Assembly: GCA_963763135.1 (NCBI GenBank)
Contig: CAVXNJ010000002.1
Location: 81,562 to 145,561 of the forward strand
DNA length: 64,000 bases
Source of the DNA: an uncultured Acidimicrobiales bacterium
GTDB lineage: Bacteria > Actinomycetota > Acidimicrobiia > Acidimicrobiales > JANYDT01
Direction of reading: 5' to 3'
This document shows positions 1 through 9,231 of this stretch, one piece after another. The notes below the pieces were generated by a model. It worked only from the letters and a program-made list of their open reading frames with translations. It ran no database searches and was not told the origin of the DNA. The position numbers were made by a program, and so were the translations under genes. Position 1 is the stretch's first letter, and each line of letters opens with the position of its first letter.

Positions 1-869
1 GACGGCTCGCCTGGTGGGTCAGGTCGGGCGCCTTCGTTCGTGAAACCGACCCGGACGAACCGGCCGAGTCGGCCGGCCCGGAGGAAACCAGGCTCTGCAC
101 CGCGGTGCTGTGTCGAACTGTATGACAGCGGGAGCACCCGGCCGCTGTGAAGACCCCCTGCCCTTCGACCTGCGAGGCCGTGAGCGGTGCTGCGGCGGGT
201 AGGTACTGACCGGCCAGCCATGCCGCAAAGTCGGTTGGTTCATGGGCGACAACGACGACCGGCATGCGGGCGTGGTGGAGTCCGCAGAACTCGGCACACG
301 AACCCTCGAAACGGCCGGGTCGATCGGCTTCGATGATGAGCGTGTTCGTGTAGTCGGGGAACGCATCGAGTTTTCCGCTCAACTCCGGAACCCAGAAACT
401 GTGGATCACGTCGGTTGATCGGAGCTTGAGTTCAACGCGCTGCCCGCTTGGAATGTGAACCTCGTTGGCAGTCGAGACTCCGGCCGATGGGTACCTGACT
501 TCCCACCACCATTGGTGCCCGGTGACCTCCACGACCATCGAACCGGGAGCGCCCCGGTCGGCGATCGTGACCATGGCCTTGGCCGTGAACCCGAAGGCAA
601 TGAGAAGAACCACGGTGGGCAAAACGACACCACCGAACATCAACCAGCGATGGGTGAACGGTTGCGGCGTCGCCGTGGTCTCCGCGGCCAAGCTCGACTC
701 CGTCGTCACCCTCGGATCGCTGGGATCGTCGCAGACCGACGAAGAGCGCGAGCAGGAACAGTCCGTAGACGAACGCTCCGAGAGCGAGAAGAACCCACAG
801 CAGTTGGGCGATGGCCGACGACGTGGGGCCTCGAGGCGTGAAGGCAGCCAGCGTGAACGTGTAGGTCAT
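1..869 (-). pseudogene. ctaC: cytochrome c oxidase subunit II with fused C-terminal cytochrome c domain (caa3-type); 3' end leaves the window; apparent single-base frameshift between TM1 and TM2
   Basis: Not present as one ORF in the track. Hand translation of the minus frame over 1..~700 gives FTHRWLMFGGVVLPTVVLLIAFGF, VEVTGHQWWWEVRYP, VHIPSGQRVELKLRSTDVIHSFWVPELSGKLDAFPDYTN and GSCAEFCGLHHARM (cupredoxin/CuA site), then GCSRCH and APDLTHQASR (heme c site). The expected first TM helix (MTYTFTLAAFTPRGPTSSAIAQLLWVLLALGAFVYGLFLLALFVGLRR) is the N-terminus of ORF 432..869, one frame away. The CuA frame has a TGA at ~867 and no ATG before TM2. Confidence 0.75.
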
Positions 870-990
870 GCACCACCCCGATCGCGATCAGGAGCCGTCC
901 CTGACTTTTCGTCCCCGGTGTGTACCCTCGTGCGCGTCGCGCGAAACGTTGTTTCACGCTGGCTGGTCCCGCCGCCGGAACCCGCGAGTT

Positions 991-1848
991 CTATCCCTTG
1001 ACCGCTCCGCTGGTGAGACCGGCCACGAACCAGCGCTGCAGCAGCACATAGGCGACAACCATGGGTGCGCTCGCGATGACGACACCGGCAAACAGCGCCG
1101 GGTAGTCGGTGAGGTATTCGCCCCGTAACTGGGCGAGTGTCCGCGGGATGGTCCACTTCGACTCGTCGGTCACGAGGAGAAGCGGGTAGTACAGATCGTT
1201 CCAGTGCATAACGAACAGGAAGATCGCCACCGCGGCGACCGATGGCATCGAGAGAGGTATGGCGATCGAGCGGTAGAGCCGCCATGGGCTGGCCCCGTCG
1301 ACGACGCCGGCTTCGAACAGTTCCCGGGGGAGGGTCTTCATGAACCCGGTCAGGATGAACACCGACACGGGCAGCGTCACGGCGATGTTTATCAGAACGA
1401 GTCCGTGCAGGGAGTTGTTCAAGTGAAGCTGTTTGAACAACGCGTACTGCTGGATGCCATTCACCTGGGCCGGCACGGCCATACCGAGGGTGAAGAACCC
1501 GAACAGCACATTCGATCTCCAGCCCCCGAGGCGGGTCACCGCAAACGCGGTCAGCGAGGCGAAGAAGAGGGTCAACGCCACTGATGACCCGACGACCAAC
1601 ACCGAGTTCTTCAGAGAACGAAAGATATGTTCGCTTATGACCTTGCGGTAGCCTTCCAGATCACCTGAAGAAGGCGGACCGAGCGGGTTTTTGAAGATCT
1701 GTGCCTGTGACTTGAACGAGCCGAAGATCACGACCGCGATCGGAATGACAACGAGCAGCGCGTAGACGCCGAGCATGGCCCGAGGGCCGAGGCGGTTCAG
1801 GAACGTGGGCCGGGCCTGACCCGGGTGATGGGAGGAGGTCTGGCTCAT
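991..1848 (-). CDS. carbohydrate ABC transporter permease (MalG-like)
   Basis: 285 aa, multiple hydrophobic segments, EAA-loop motif LFEAGVVDGASPWRLYRSIAIPLSMP. ATGA start/stop overlap with the upstream permease at 1845-1848. Confidence 0.9.
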   Translation of the reverse strand: MSQTSSHHPGQARPTFLNRLGPRAMLGVYALLVVIPIAVVIFGSFKSQAQIFKNPLGPPSSGDLEGYRKVISEHIFRSLKNSVLVVGSSVALTLFFASLTAFAVTRLGGWRSNVLFGFFTLGMAVPAQVNGIQQYALFKQLHLNNSLHGLVLINIAVTLPVSVFILTGFMKTLPRELFEAGVVDGASPWRLYRSIAIPLSMPSVAAVAIFLFVMHWNDLYYPLLLVTDESKWTIPRTLAQLRGEYLTDYPALFAGVVIASAPMVVAYVLLQRWFVAGLTSGAVKG

Positions 1849-2762
1849 GCTGCGCTCGCATTCACGTCGGCCTTGGTCAGGCGGAGAACCCGTCGCTGCA
1901 CGAATGTGATCGCGGCGATCAGCACCATGAACAGCACCGACTCCGTCGCGGCTTCGCCGTACTGCTGGGCCTCAAAGGCCGTGCGGTAGATGTGGAACCC
2001 GAGCACGCGGGTCGAATTCAGCGGGCCTCCCTCGGTCATGATGTACACAAGGTCAAACACCCGAAACGACTGGAGGGTGGTGTAGGCCACCACGATGCCG
2101 GTCGCCGGACCGAGCAGCGGCCAGGTGACCGAGTGGAACTTCTGCCAGCGCGATGCGCCGTCGATCTCGGCTGCTTCGAGATAGTCCTTCGGAACCTGCT
2201 GGAGGCCGGCGACGAACACGACCATCATCTGCCCGGCGTGGAACCACACCTGGACGATCGCCAGAAAGAAGATTGCGGTCTTCGGGCTTCCGAGCAGCGC
2301 CGGGCGGTACCCGATCCCAAGCTTCTCCAGGACCGTCGTGATGAGGCCCGAACTGGGGTCATAGACGAACTGCCAGATAAAGGCGACGGCACTTGACGCA
2401 AGGATCGTCGGGAAGAACAGCAATGCGCGCATAGCAATGGTGGAGCGGTTGTTGCGCAGAAGGAACAGCGAGTAAACGAGAGCGATCGCCGTCTGGGCCA
2501 GCACCACGATGATCATGAACTTCAGGCTGACCCACACGCTGTTGTGGAATGTGGTGTCGTCGAAGAGTTTGGTCTTGTAGTTCTCCAGGGCGACGTAGCC
2601 CGGAGACGTGCCGGGTCCCTCCCAGTTGAAGAAGGAGTAGTACAGCGCCTGCAGCGTCGGGAATACAAAGAACAATCCGTACAGCAGGAGAGCGGGAAAC
2701 GCGAACAGGTACAGCGGTCGTCGCGGCGAGAGATGACGTGAACGAATGGTGGAGGCGGACAT
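1845..2762 (-). CDS. carbohydrate ABC transporter permease (MalF-like)
   Basis: 305 aa, EAA-loop motif YLEAAEIDGASRWQKFHSVTWPLLGP, polytopic membrane profile. Confidence 0.9.
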   Translation of the reverse strand: MSASTIRSRHLSPRRPLYLFAFPALLLYGLFFVFPTLQALYYSFFNWEGPGTSPGYVALENYKTKLFDDTTFHNSVWVSLKFMIIVVLAQTAIALVYSLFLLRNNRSTIAMRALLFFPTILASSAVAFIWQFVYDPSSGLITTVLEKLGIGYRPALLGSPKTAIFFLAIVQVWFHAGQMMVVFVAGLQQVPKDYLEAAEIDGASRWQKFHSVTWPLLGPATGIVVAYTTLQSFRVFDLVYIMTEGGPLNSTRVLGFHIYRTAFEAQQYGEAATESVLFMVLIAAITFVQRRVLRLTKADVNASAA

Positions 2763-2861
2763 GATGACCCTGTCGTAGTTGCGACGGTGTGGTTCCGGTT
2801 CAGGAGCAAACGAAAACGAGGGGCGCTCCGAATCGGAACGCCCCTCGCTGCATACTGGGAG

Positions 2862-4295
2862 CTACTTACCGAGCTTCTGGTCGATGATGGCCTGCGCGTC
2901 GGCGGCGGCCTTCTTCGGATCCTTGCCGCCGGCGACGGCGAGGAACGCATCTTCAACCGCGTTGCGGATGTCGAGGTTCAGGAACTGGAAGCGGGGAGCG
3001 AGGAAGACCCGCTTGTTCGCCCAGGCGCTCGTGTCCTGGAGTTCCTTCGTCTTGTACTTGACGTTCGCCACGGTGGAGTGCTGCGAGGTGCCGTTCGCGT
3101 ACTTCTCCGCGTTCTCCGGCTGGCTCATCCAGTCGACGAACTTGATCGCGGCGGCCTGCTTCTTCGCGTCTTTCTGACGGGCGTTGACGCCAAGAATGAA
3201 CGTGGCGTTGTAGATGCCTTCCCACTTCGGCTTCTGGCCGAGCGGGGTGGTGATCGGCGAGTACAGGTCGAAGTTGAGCTTCGGGTTGAGCTTGAGGGCC
3301 GGACCCATCGAGAACGTGCCGGTGGCGAGCATGAGCGCCTTGCCGTTGGCGAAATCGGCCAGTGCGCCGTTGTCGTTGACGGCGAGCGGGTTGTCGCCGA
3401 AGCAGTCTTCGGAGATCTCCTTGAACGTCTGCAGGCTCTTGGTCATCCAGAAGTCGGTGACCTTCGCCTGGCCCGTGTCGATCATCTCGAAGCCGTTGTC
3501 GGTCGGCATGATGTTCATGACGAGACCGTTCATGGAGAGCTGTCCGGCGTTGCCGCGCACGCCGCCCGGCCATGCGATCGGCGTGATGCCCTTGCTCTTG
3601 ACGGTCAGACAGAAGCGCTGCAGATCGTTGATGGTCTGCGGAAGGGTGACGTTGAGCGACTTCAGCAGGTCGACGTTGACCAGCGGCATGTTGAACACCA
3701 GCTGGTACGGGAGGCCGAGTTGCTTACCGTCGAACGAACCCGGAGCGATGAGGTTCTTGTTGTAGTTCTTCACAAACGGCTGGTTGCTCAGGTCGAGCCA
3801 CACGCTGCCGCCGTTGGCCTTCGCCATGTTGAAGAACTGGGCGCCACGGAAGGCGGTGAAAACGTCGGCCGGCTTGCCGTCGAGGATGTCCTGGAGGGCC
3901 TGCGACTGGTAGTCGTTGGAGTTCTTGATCGACTGCTCGACTTCGATGCCGGTCTTCGCGGTGAAGTCCTTGATGATGTCGGCGATGACGTCTTTGTCTT
4001 CAGCGCGCCAGTGGAAGAACGTGATCTTCGTGCCCTTGAGGTCGTCGGCGGCGGCACCGGCGTTCGAAGCACCTCCAGCGGCGACCGGGGCAATGGTGGC
4101 GGCGGTGACTTCGATTTCACGGTAGACGTACTTGCTGCCTTCCTTCTTGCAGATCAAGGTACCCGTCGTCTTGTTCACCTGCTTCTTGGTGCAGGCGCCA
4201 CCGGCTTTGGCAGCCGTCGCAGCGAATGCGACCGGCGTGACGAGCCCGGCGGCGAGTGTGCACGCGGTTGCGGCCGCGAGCCAGTGTTTCTTCAT
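2862..4295 (-). CDS. extracellular solute-binding protein of the sugar ABC system
   Basis: 477 aa with a signal-like N-terminus MKKHWLAAATACTLAAGLVTPVAFA. First gene of the SBP-permease-permease operon. AGGGGGA Shine-Dalgarno upstream of the ATG. Carries a short Cys-containing N-terminal insert before the SBP fold. Confidence 0.85.
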   Translation of the reverse strand: MKKHWLAAATACTLAAGLVTPVAFAATAAKAGGACTKKQVNKTTGTLICKKEGSKYVYREIEVTAATIAPVAAGGASNAGAAADDLKGTKITFFHWRAEDKDVIADIIKDFTAKTGIEVEQSIKNSNDYQSQALQDILDGKPADVFTAFRGAQFFNMAKANGGSVWLDLSNQPFVKNYNKNLIAPGSFDGKQLGLPYQLVFNMPLVNVDLLKSLNVTLPQTINDLQRFCLTVKSKGITPIAWPGGVRGNAGQLSMNGLVMNIMPTDNGFEMIDTGQAKVTDFWMTKSLQTFKEISEDCFGDNPLAVNDNGALADFANGKALMLATGTFSMGPALKLNPKLNFDLYSPITTPLGQKPKWEGIYNATFILGVNARQKDAKKQAAAIKFVDWMSQPENAEKYANGTSQHSTVANVKYKTKELQDTSAWANKRVFLAPRFQFLNLDIRNAVEDAFLAVAGGKDPKKAAADAQAIIDQKLGK

Positions 4296-4313
4296 GGATT
4301 CCCCCTGGTTGTG

Positions 4314-4409
4314 TTGCAGTGTGAAGTGGTGCGTGTGGAGTGATGTTGCAGTGTGAAGTGGTGCGTGTGGAGTGGTGTTGCAGTTGCAGTGTGGTGTTGC
4401 GTGGAGTGG
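4314..4409. repeat. 32-bp tandem repeat x3 (third copy degenerate) in the 5' leader of the SBP gene; C/A-rich on the mRNA strand
   Basis: Units TTGCAGTGTGAAGTGGTGCGTGTGGAGTG(A/G)TG at 4314-4345 and 4346-4377, degenerate copy at 4378-4409. The sense strand reads CACACTGCAACA.CACTCCACACGCACCACTT. Confidence 0.85.
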
Positions 4410-4427
4410 CTACCGAACCCAGCCTGA

Positions 4428-4439
4428 ACAACCGGTTGT
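4428..4439. promoter_or_regulatory. perfect 12-bp palindrome ACAACCGGTTGT upstream of the sugar SBP operon; possible operator
   Basis: Perfect dyad in the 225-bp region between the oxidoreductase stop and the SBP start. No regulator could be assigned. Confidence 0.25.
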
Positions 4440-4520
4440 GTCGGAATGGCCGGATATCTTCGCACACTTGAGCCAATAATTACACTGAGCCGTGCTGAAC
4501 CGGCCGGAGCCCCCGCTGCC

Positions 4521-5648
4521 TCAGCGGAGTCCGAGTTCCTCCAGGAGTACCGGGCGACCTTCGTCGATGGATCGGTGCGCCGCCACACCCACCGCGATCG
4601 ACCACAGCCCCTCCTCGACGGTCACGGCCGGTGGCTGACCGAGCCGGATGGCGTCGAGGAAACCGAGGTGTTCCAGGTAGCTCGCACCGTGGTGGTACCC
4701 GACATGGCCGACCCGCTCATCGGTCGACGCGTCGAGTTCGATCAGTTTGTTCGGGCTCGGGTGACCATCGGGTTGGGTTGGGATGCGCCGACCGATGGTC
4801 ACCGTACCTTCGGTCACCTTCGACTCAACCTTCCCGCGGTCACCGACCCCGACGAGTTCCTGTTCGTTCTTCGACGCCTCGGCGAACATGCACAGATCGA
4901 GAAGACCGCGTGCTCCGTTGGCATAGTCGACGATGACGAAGGCGTTGTCGAGAATGTCGGGCACTTCGCCGGCCGGGTTGCCCGGATAGCGCTCGTCGAG
5001 GTGGTTCACGTCCTGCCCGCCGCTCGCGTAGACGCGAACCGGGCGCGCGCCGACGGCCAGGTTCATCAGGTCGAAGAAGTGGCAGCATTTCTCGACCAGC
5101 GTTCCTCCCGTGTTCTGCGAGAACCGGTTCCAGTCGCCGACCTTGACGAGGAATGGAAACCGGTGCTCGCGGATCGAGATCATCTTCAGCGTGCCGATGT
5201 TTTCCGACGTCAGCTGGCTGAGGAACTGGGCGACCGGCGGCATGTAGCGGTACTCCAGCCCCATCCACACCACACCCCGGTGGGTCGCGGCCCGGGCCAC
5301 CACGTTCTGCGCGTCTTCGATGGTGGTGCAGAGAGGCTTCTCAACCATTACGTGAAGGTCGGGGGCCAGGGCGAAGATGTCGTCGAGCACGGCGGCGTGG
5401 GTGAAGTTCGGGGTGCAGATCACGACCGCGTCAACGAGGCCCGAGGTGAGCATGGTCCGGTAGTCGTCGAACTCGGTCGGCCCCGGTCGGTCGCCCATCG
5501 CCACGCGGGCCTTCTGTCGGGAGGGTTCGTGCGGGTCGGCGATGGCCGTCACCGAGGTTCCGGGGATGGCCACCAGGTTGCGGATGTGCTCGCAGCCCAT
5601 GAGGCCGGTTCCGATGATGCCGTAGCGGACGTGCGTTCCTTCGTTCAC
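4521..5648 (-). CDS. Gfo/Idh/MocA family NAD(P)-dependent oxidoreductase
   Basis: N-terminal Rossmann motif VRYGIIGTGLMG, then ICTPNFTHAA and VEKPL. Start trimmed to the GTG at 5648, because the 110 aa upstream in ORF 4521..5981 are Pro/Arg-rich and not protein-like. Confidence 0.8.
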   Translation of the reverse strand: MNEGTHVRYGIIGTGLMGCEHIRNLVAIPGTSVTAIADPHEPSRQKARVAMGDRPGPTEFDDYRTMLTSGLVDAVVICTPNFTHAAVLDDIFALAPDLHVMVEKPLCTTIEDAQNVVARAATHRGVVWMGLEYRYMPPVAQFLSQLTSENIGTLKMISIREHRFPFLVKVGDWNRFSQNTGGTLVEKCCHFFDLMNLAVGARPVRVYASGGQDVNHLDERYPGNPAGEVPDILDNAFVIVDYANGARGLLDLCMFAEASKNEQELVGVGDRGKVESKVTEGTVTIGRRIPTQPDGHPSPNKLIELDASTDERVGHVGYHHGASYLEHLGFLDAIRLGQPPAVTVEEGLWSIAVGVAAHRSIDEGRPVLLEELGLR

Positions 5649-5778
5649 GAACGTGACACGGTAGTGCGGCGTGCGGCGGTCAGCGTCGTTGGGATCATTT
5701 CGCGTTGAACAGGTTGGAAACACAGGGTTCACGGGACGGTAAAGCCTGGGAAACTGCCGACCCCTACGGTCGACACCG

Positions 5779-6528
5779 ATGTATACCGACCTGAATACGG
5801 TTCTCGGAAACACCTCGGCGACCTCGCCCACGGGGTCGGTAGGGGGCGCGGCCGCGGGATCGGGTCGGCTCGGTGACGACGCGTACTCGCTGTTGAAGAC
5901 CCGAATTCTGCGGGGCGAGTTCCCCCTGAACGTGCGGCTCGTCGAGACCCGACTGGCCAAAGAACTCGGCCTCTCCCGCACCCCGGTGCGCGAGGCGCTG
6001 GCCCGCTTGGCGGCGGAATCGCTGCTGAAGTCCCATCCCGACGGAGGATTTCAGCCGCGGATTCCCGACACGATCGCCATTCGGGAACTCTACGAAGTGC
6101 GGGCGGCGCTGGAGCACCAGGCCCTGCAGCGGCCGGGGCGCAACGGCACCCAGCACGACCGGACGATTCTTGAACCACTCCGCGATTTCTGGCTCAGCCT
6201 GCTGAACGGGAAACAACCCGAGCCCTCGCCTGAGTTCGTGCTGTTGGACGAATCGTTCCACGTCACCCTCGCCCTGTCGGCGGGTAACCGGGCGACGGCC
6301 GAGATGCTGACCCGGGTCAACGAGCGGATCCGCATCATCCGCATGCAGGACTTCCTCGATGAGACCCGCATCCGATTGACGATCGAGGAGCACCTGTCGA
6401 TCGTCACCGACGTACTCGACGGGAATGTGCTCGCCGCGGAGATGGCGTTCGTGGCGCACCTCGCCGAGTCCATGGCCTTCGTGGCCGAACGCGCGGCAGG
6501 CGGCGATCGCCCGCATGGTGATTGGGGG
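5779..6528 (+). CDS. GntR-family (FadR/FCD-type) transcriptional regulator module; no stop codon, reads in frame into the ABC ATPase
   Basis: The wHTH region is [30 protein letters not shown]. It is followed by an FCD-like helical domain ending about [15 protein letters not shown]. The ORF track shows 5779..7440 as one open frame. Confidence 0.8.
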
Positions 6529-8141
6529 ATGAACATGAACGGACTTCCTGATGCATCGCAACTGCACACATCGCGACCAGAGCCATCGCGACCAGAGGCA
6601 TCGCGACCACCGCTGCTGAAAGCCCGGGCCATCCGCAAAGTCTTCGGACCCGTGCTGGCCAACGACAACGTCGACCTCACCCTGTTGCACGGCGAGGTGC
6701 ACGCCGTTCTGGGCGAGAACGGTGCAGGGAAGTCGACGCTCATGAAGGTGCTGTTCGGCCTGTACCCCGCCGATGGCGGAACGATCGAAGTGGAAGGTCG
6801 AGCCGTCGAGATGGCGAGTCCGGCCATCGCCCGTGAGAACGGGATAGGCATGGTGTTCCAGGATCTCCGGCTCGTGCCGGCGCTGACGGTTGTGGAGAAC
6901 ATCGGGCTTTCGCTGCTCGACCGAGGTCTTCGTTTCGACCGGAAATCGCTGTCCAAACAGATCGTCGAAGCGGCCGAGCAGTTCGGGCTGGCGGCCAACC
7001 CGGCGGCGACGGTGCGGGAGCTGTCGATCGGCGAACGTCAGCGCGTCGAAATACTACGTGTGCTTATGACTGGTGCGAAGCTCGTAATCCTCGACGAACC
7101 GACGAGCGTTCTTGCTCCCCAGGAGGTCGACCAGCTCTTCGCCGGTCTCCGCTCGCTGAAGGATCAGGGCCTGGCCGTGGTCGTCATCACCCACAAGCTC
7201 GCTGAGTCACGCTCGATCGCCGACCGGGTGACGGTGCTGCGCGGGGGACGCCTGATCGTCGACGGGGCCGATCCGTCGACAATGAACAACGACGAGTTGA
7301 TCGAGGCGATGGTCGGCCGATCCGTTCAGGGATTGCCGGCCGACCGGGTGCCAACGCGCGAAGGACCGGCCCGCAGCCCTGTCACTGCGACCGGATCTCC
7401 ATCCACGATCGCCGTCGGGGCAACCTCCTCGAGGACGTGACATTTCAGGTGGAGGCCGGGGAGATGGTCGGCGTCGCGGGAGTGGCCGGTAACGGTCAGC
7501 TTCCCCTCTACGAGGTCGCCCTGGGTCTTGTCGCTCCGACCACCGGGACCCTGTCGATCGGTGGCCAACTGATCGCCAAGCCCACCCCGCAGGCGGTCCT
7601 GGCGGCCGGCGCCGTGGGTGTTCCCGAGGATCCGATCCGTGATGCTGTCGTTCCCGGACTCTCGGTCCACGAGCACGTCGCGCTCGACGCCCGACGACTG
7701 TTTCGCAAGGGTTTGAACATCGACTGGGGCAAGGTTCGGCACCACTATTCCGAGGGCAACCGCTTCAGCGAGTTGCGCGGCGCCCACGGCGACCGGCGGC
7801 TCGAATCACTCTCGGGCGGCAACATCCAACGGGTCATGTTGATACGCGCGCTTAGTGCATCGCATGCTTCGCTCGTGGTGGCGGCGTATCCGAGTCGCGG
7901 CCTTGACATCGCGACCACGCGCCGAACCCAGGAACTCCTCCTGGAAAAACGCGCCGGTGGGGCCGGCGTTCTGTTGATCTCCGAAGACCTCGACGAGCTG
8001 TTTGAGCTGTGCGACCGCATCGCCGTGTTGCACGCGGGTCGGTTGGTCGGCGTGGTCGATCCGAAGGTGTCGGACCGCTACGAAGTCGGCCGCATGATGC
8101 TCGATGCCCACGAACCGGTTGCGGCTGGCGGTGCGAAATGA
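6529..8141 (+). pseudogene. BMP-type (nucleoside/sugar class) ABC transporter ATP-binding protein with two NBDs, split by a frameshift near 7385-7400
   Basis: NBD1 has [21 protein letters not shown] and [12 protein letters not shown]2 (ORF 7437..8141) has GVAGVAGNGQ, LSGGNIQRV and LISEDLDEL. Translating upstream of 7437 in the NBD2 frame gives [23 protein letters not shown], the normal strand preceding Walker A. The two halves are therefore one gene in two frames. Confidence 0.8.
6569..6610 (+). repeat. 15-bp in-frame tandem repeat (2.8 copies) forming the regulator-ATPase linker
   Basis: CATCGCGACCAGAGC, CATCGCGACCAGAGG and CATCGCGACCAC, encoding [10 protein letters not shown] and SRPP. Confidence 0.9.
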
Positions 8142-9228
8142 CATCGACGGACGCTCAACTCACGACCGTCGGAGCGCTCTCGCACAACGAGGTCGTCACG
8201 TCGGACCGCGCCAGGGCGCTCGCCGCAAGCGACGGTCAGGTTTCTCGCGGCCTTCGGCGGCGCGCTCGCGCTGTTCGCGGTGCTCATGCTGATCAAGGGG
8301 GTGAACCCGTTCGTCGCCTACAAAGACATGGTGGTGTCGACGTTCGGGGACTCCTACCAGGTGGCCGGCATCCTCGTGCGGGCCACCCCGATCATCCTGG
8401 CCGGTCTCGCCGTCAGTGTGCCGGCCCGAGCGGGCCTCATCAATGTCGGTGGGGAGGGCCAGTTGATCATGGGTGGCGTCGCAGCGATGGGCGTTTCGTT
8501 GCTCATCGACGGCAGCCTTCCCGGCCCCGTTTCGCTGGTGCTCATGGGTCTTGCGGCGGCCGTCGCCGGTGGGCTCTGGTCAGGGATCGCGGCACTGCTG
8601 CGGTTGAAGATCGGCATCGCCGAATCGGTGACGACCCTGCTGCTCAACTACATCGCCCTCGACATCATGTACTTCCTCATCTACGACCGCTGGAAGGATC
8701 GAGCGGGATCGGGCCAACCGGCCACCCGGCCGGTGTCGACCGGTGAGCACCTGCCGCTGTGGTCCGATACCCGGGTTCACCTCGGCCTGATCGTCGCCCT
8801 GGCGTGTGCCGGGCTGATCTTCGTGCTGTTCCGCAAGACCGGTTGGGGCTTCCAGCTCCGGGTGGTCGGCGGCAACATGGAAGCAGCCCGCCGATCCGGG
8901 CTTAAGGTAAGTGCGCTTATCGTTAGTGCAATGCTCGTGGGTGGAGCCCTCGCCGGGCTCGGCGGCTTTGCCCAACTTGCCGGGGCCGAGTTCAAACTCC
9001 GATCCGGATTCCTTGCCGGTTACGGCTACGTCGGCCTTCCTCGGATCGTGGCTCGGACGCCATCGCCCCGTCGGTGTCACGGTGGCCTGCACGGTGCTCT
9101 CGGCGATCGCCATCACCGGTGACAGCCTGCAACTCGACTCCAAGCTTCCAGCGGCGAGCGTGAACGTTCTCATGGCCCTCGTGCTTCTCGGGGTCTTCGG
9201 TTTCGGCAAGAAGCGAAAGGCTGTTTAA
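8138..9228 (+). pseudogene. BMP-type ABC transporter permease 1, apparently disrupted by two +1 frameshifts (about 8150-8240 and about 9034)
   Basis: The ATG at 8138 overlaps the ATPase stop (ATGA), but it is in a frame that dies. The first TM helix (VRFLAAFGGALALFAVLMLIKGVNP) is in the 8280 frame, which has no ATG/GTG/TTG upstream of it. The C-terminus FLGSWLGRHRPVGVTVACTVLSAIAITGDSLQLD...LLGVFGFGKKRKAV is in the 8911 frame. Confidence 0.7.
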
Positions 9229-9231
9229 GCA

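Noticed and set aside
2787-4343. 518-aa plus-strand ORF
   Set aside because: It lies antisense to the well-supported solute-binding-protein gene, and its translation is Arg/Gly/Val/Asp-rich and repetitive. This is a typical mirror-frame artefact of high-GC DNA. The same reasoning applies to 45009..46799, 48088..49866, 34162..35232, 56058..56987, 8992..10266, 14513..16009 and 5764..6702.
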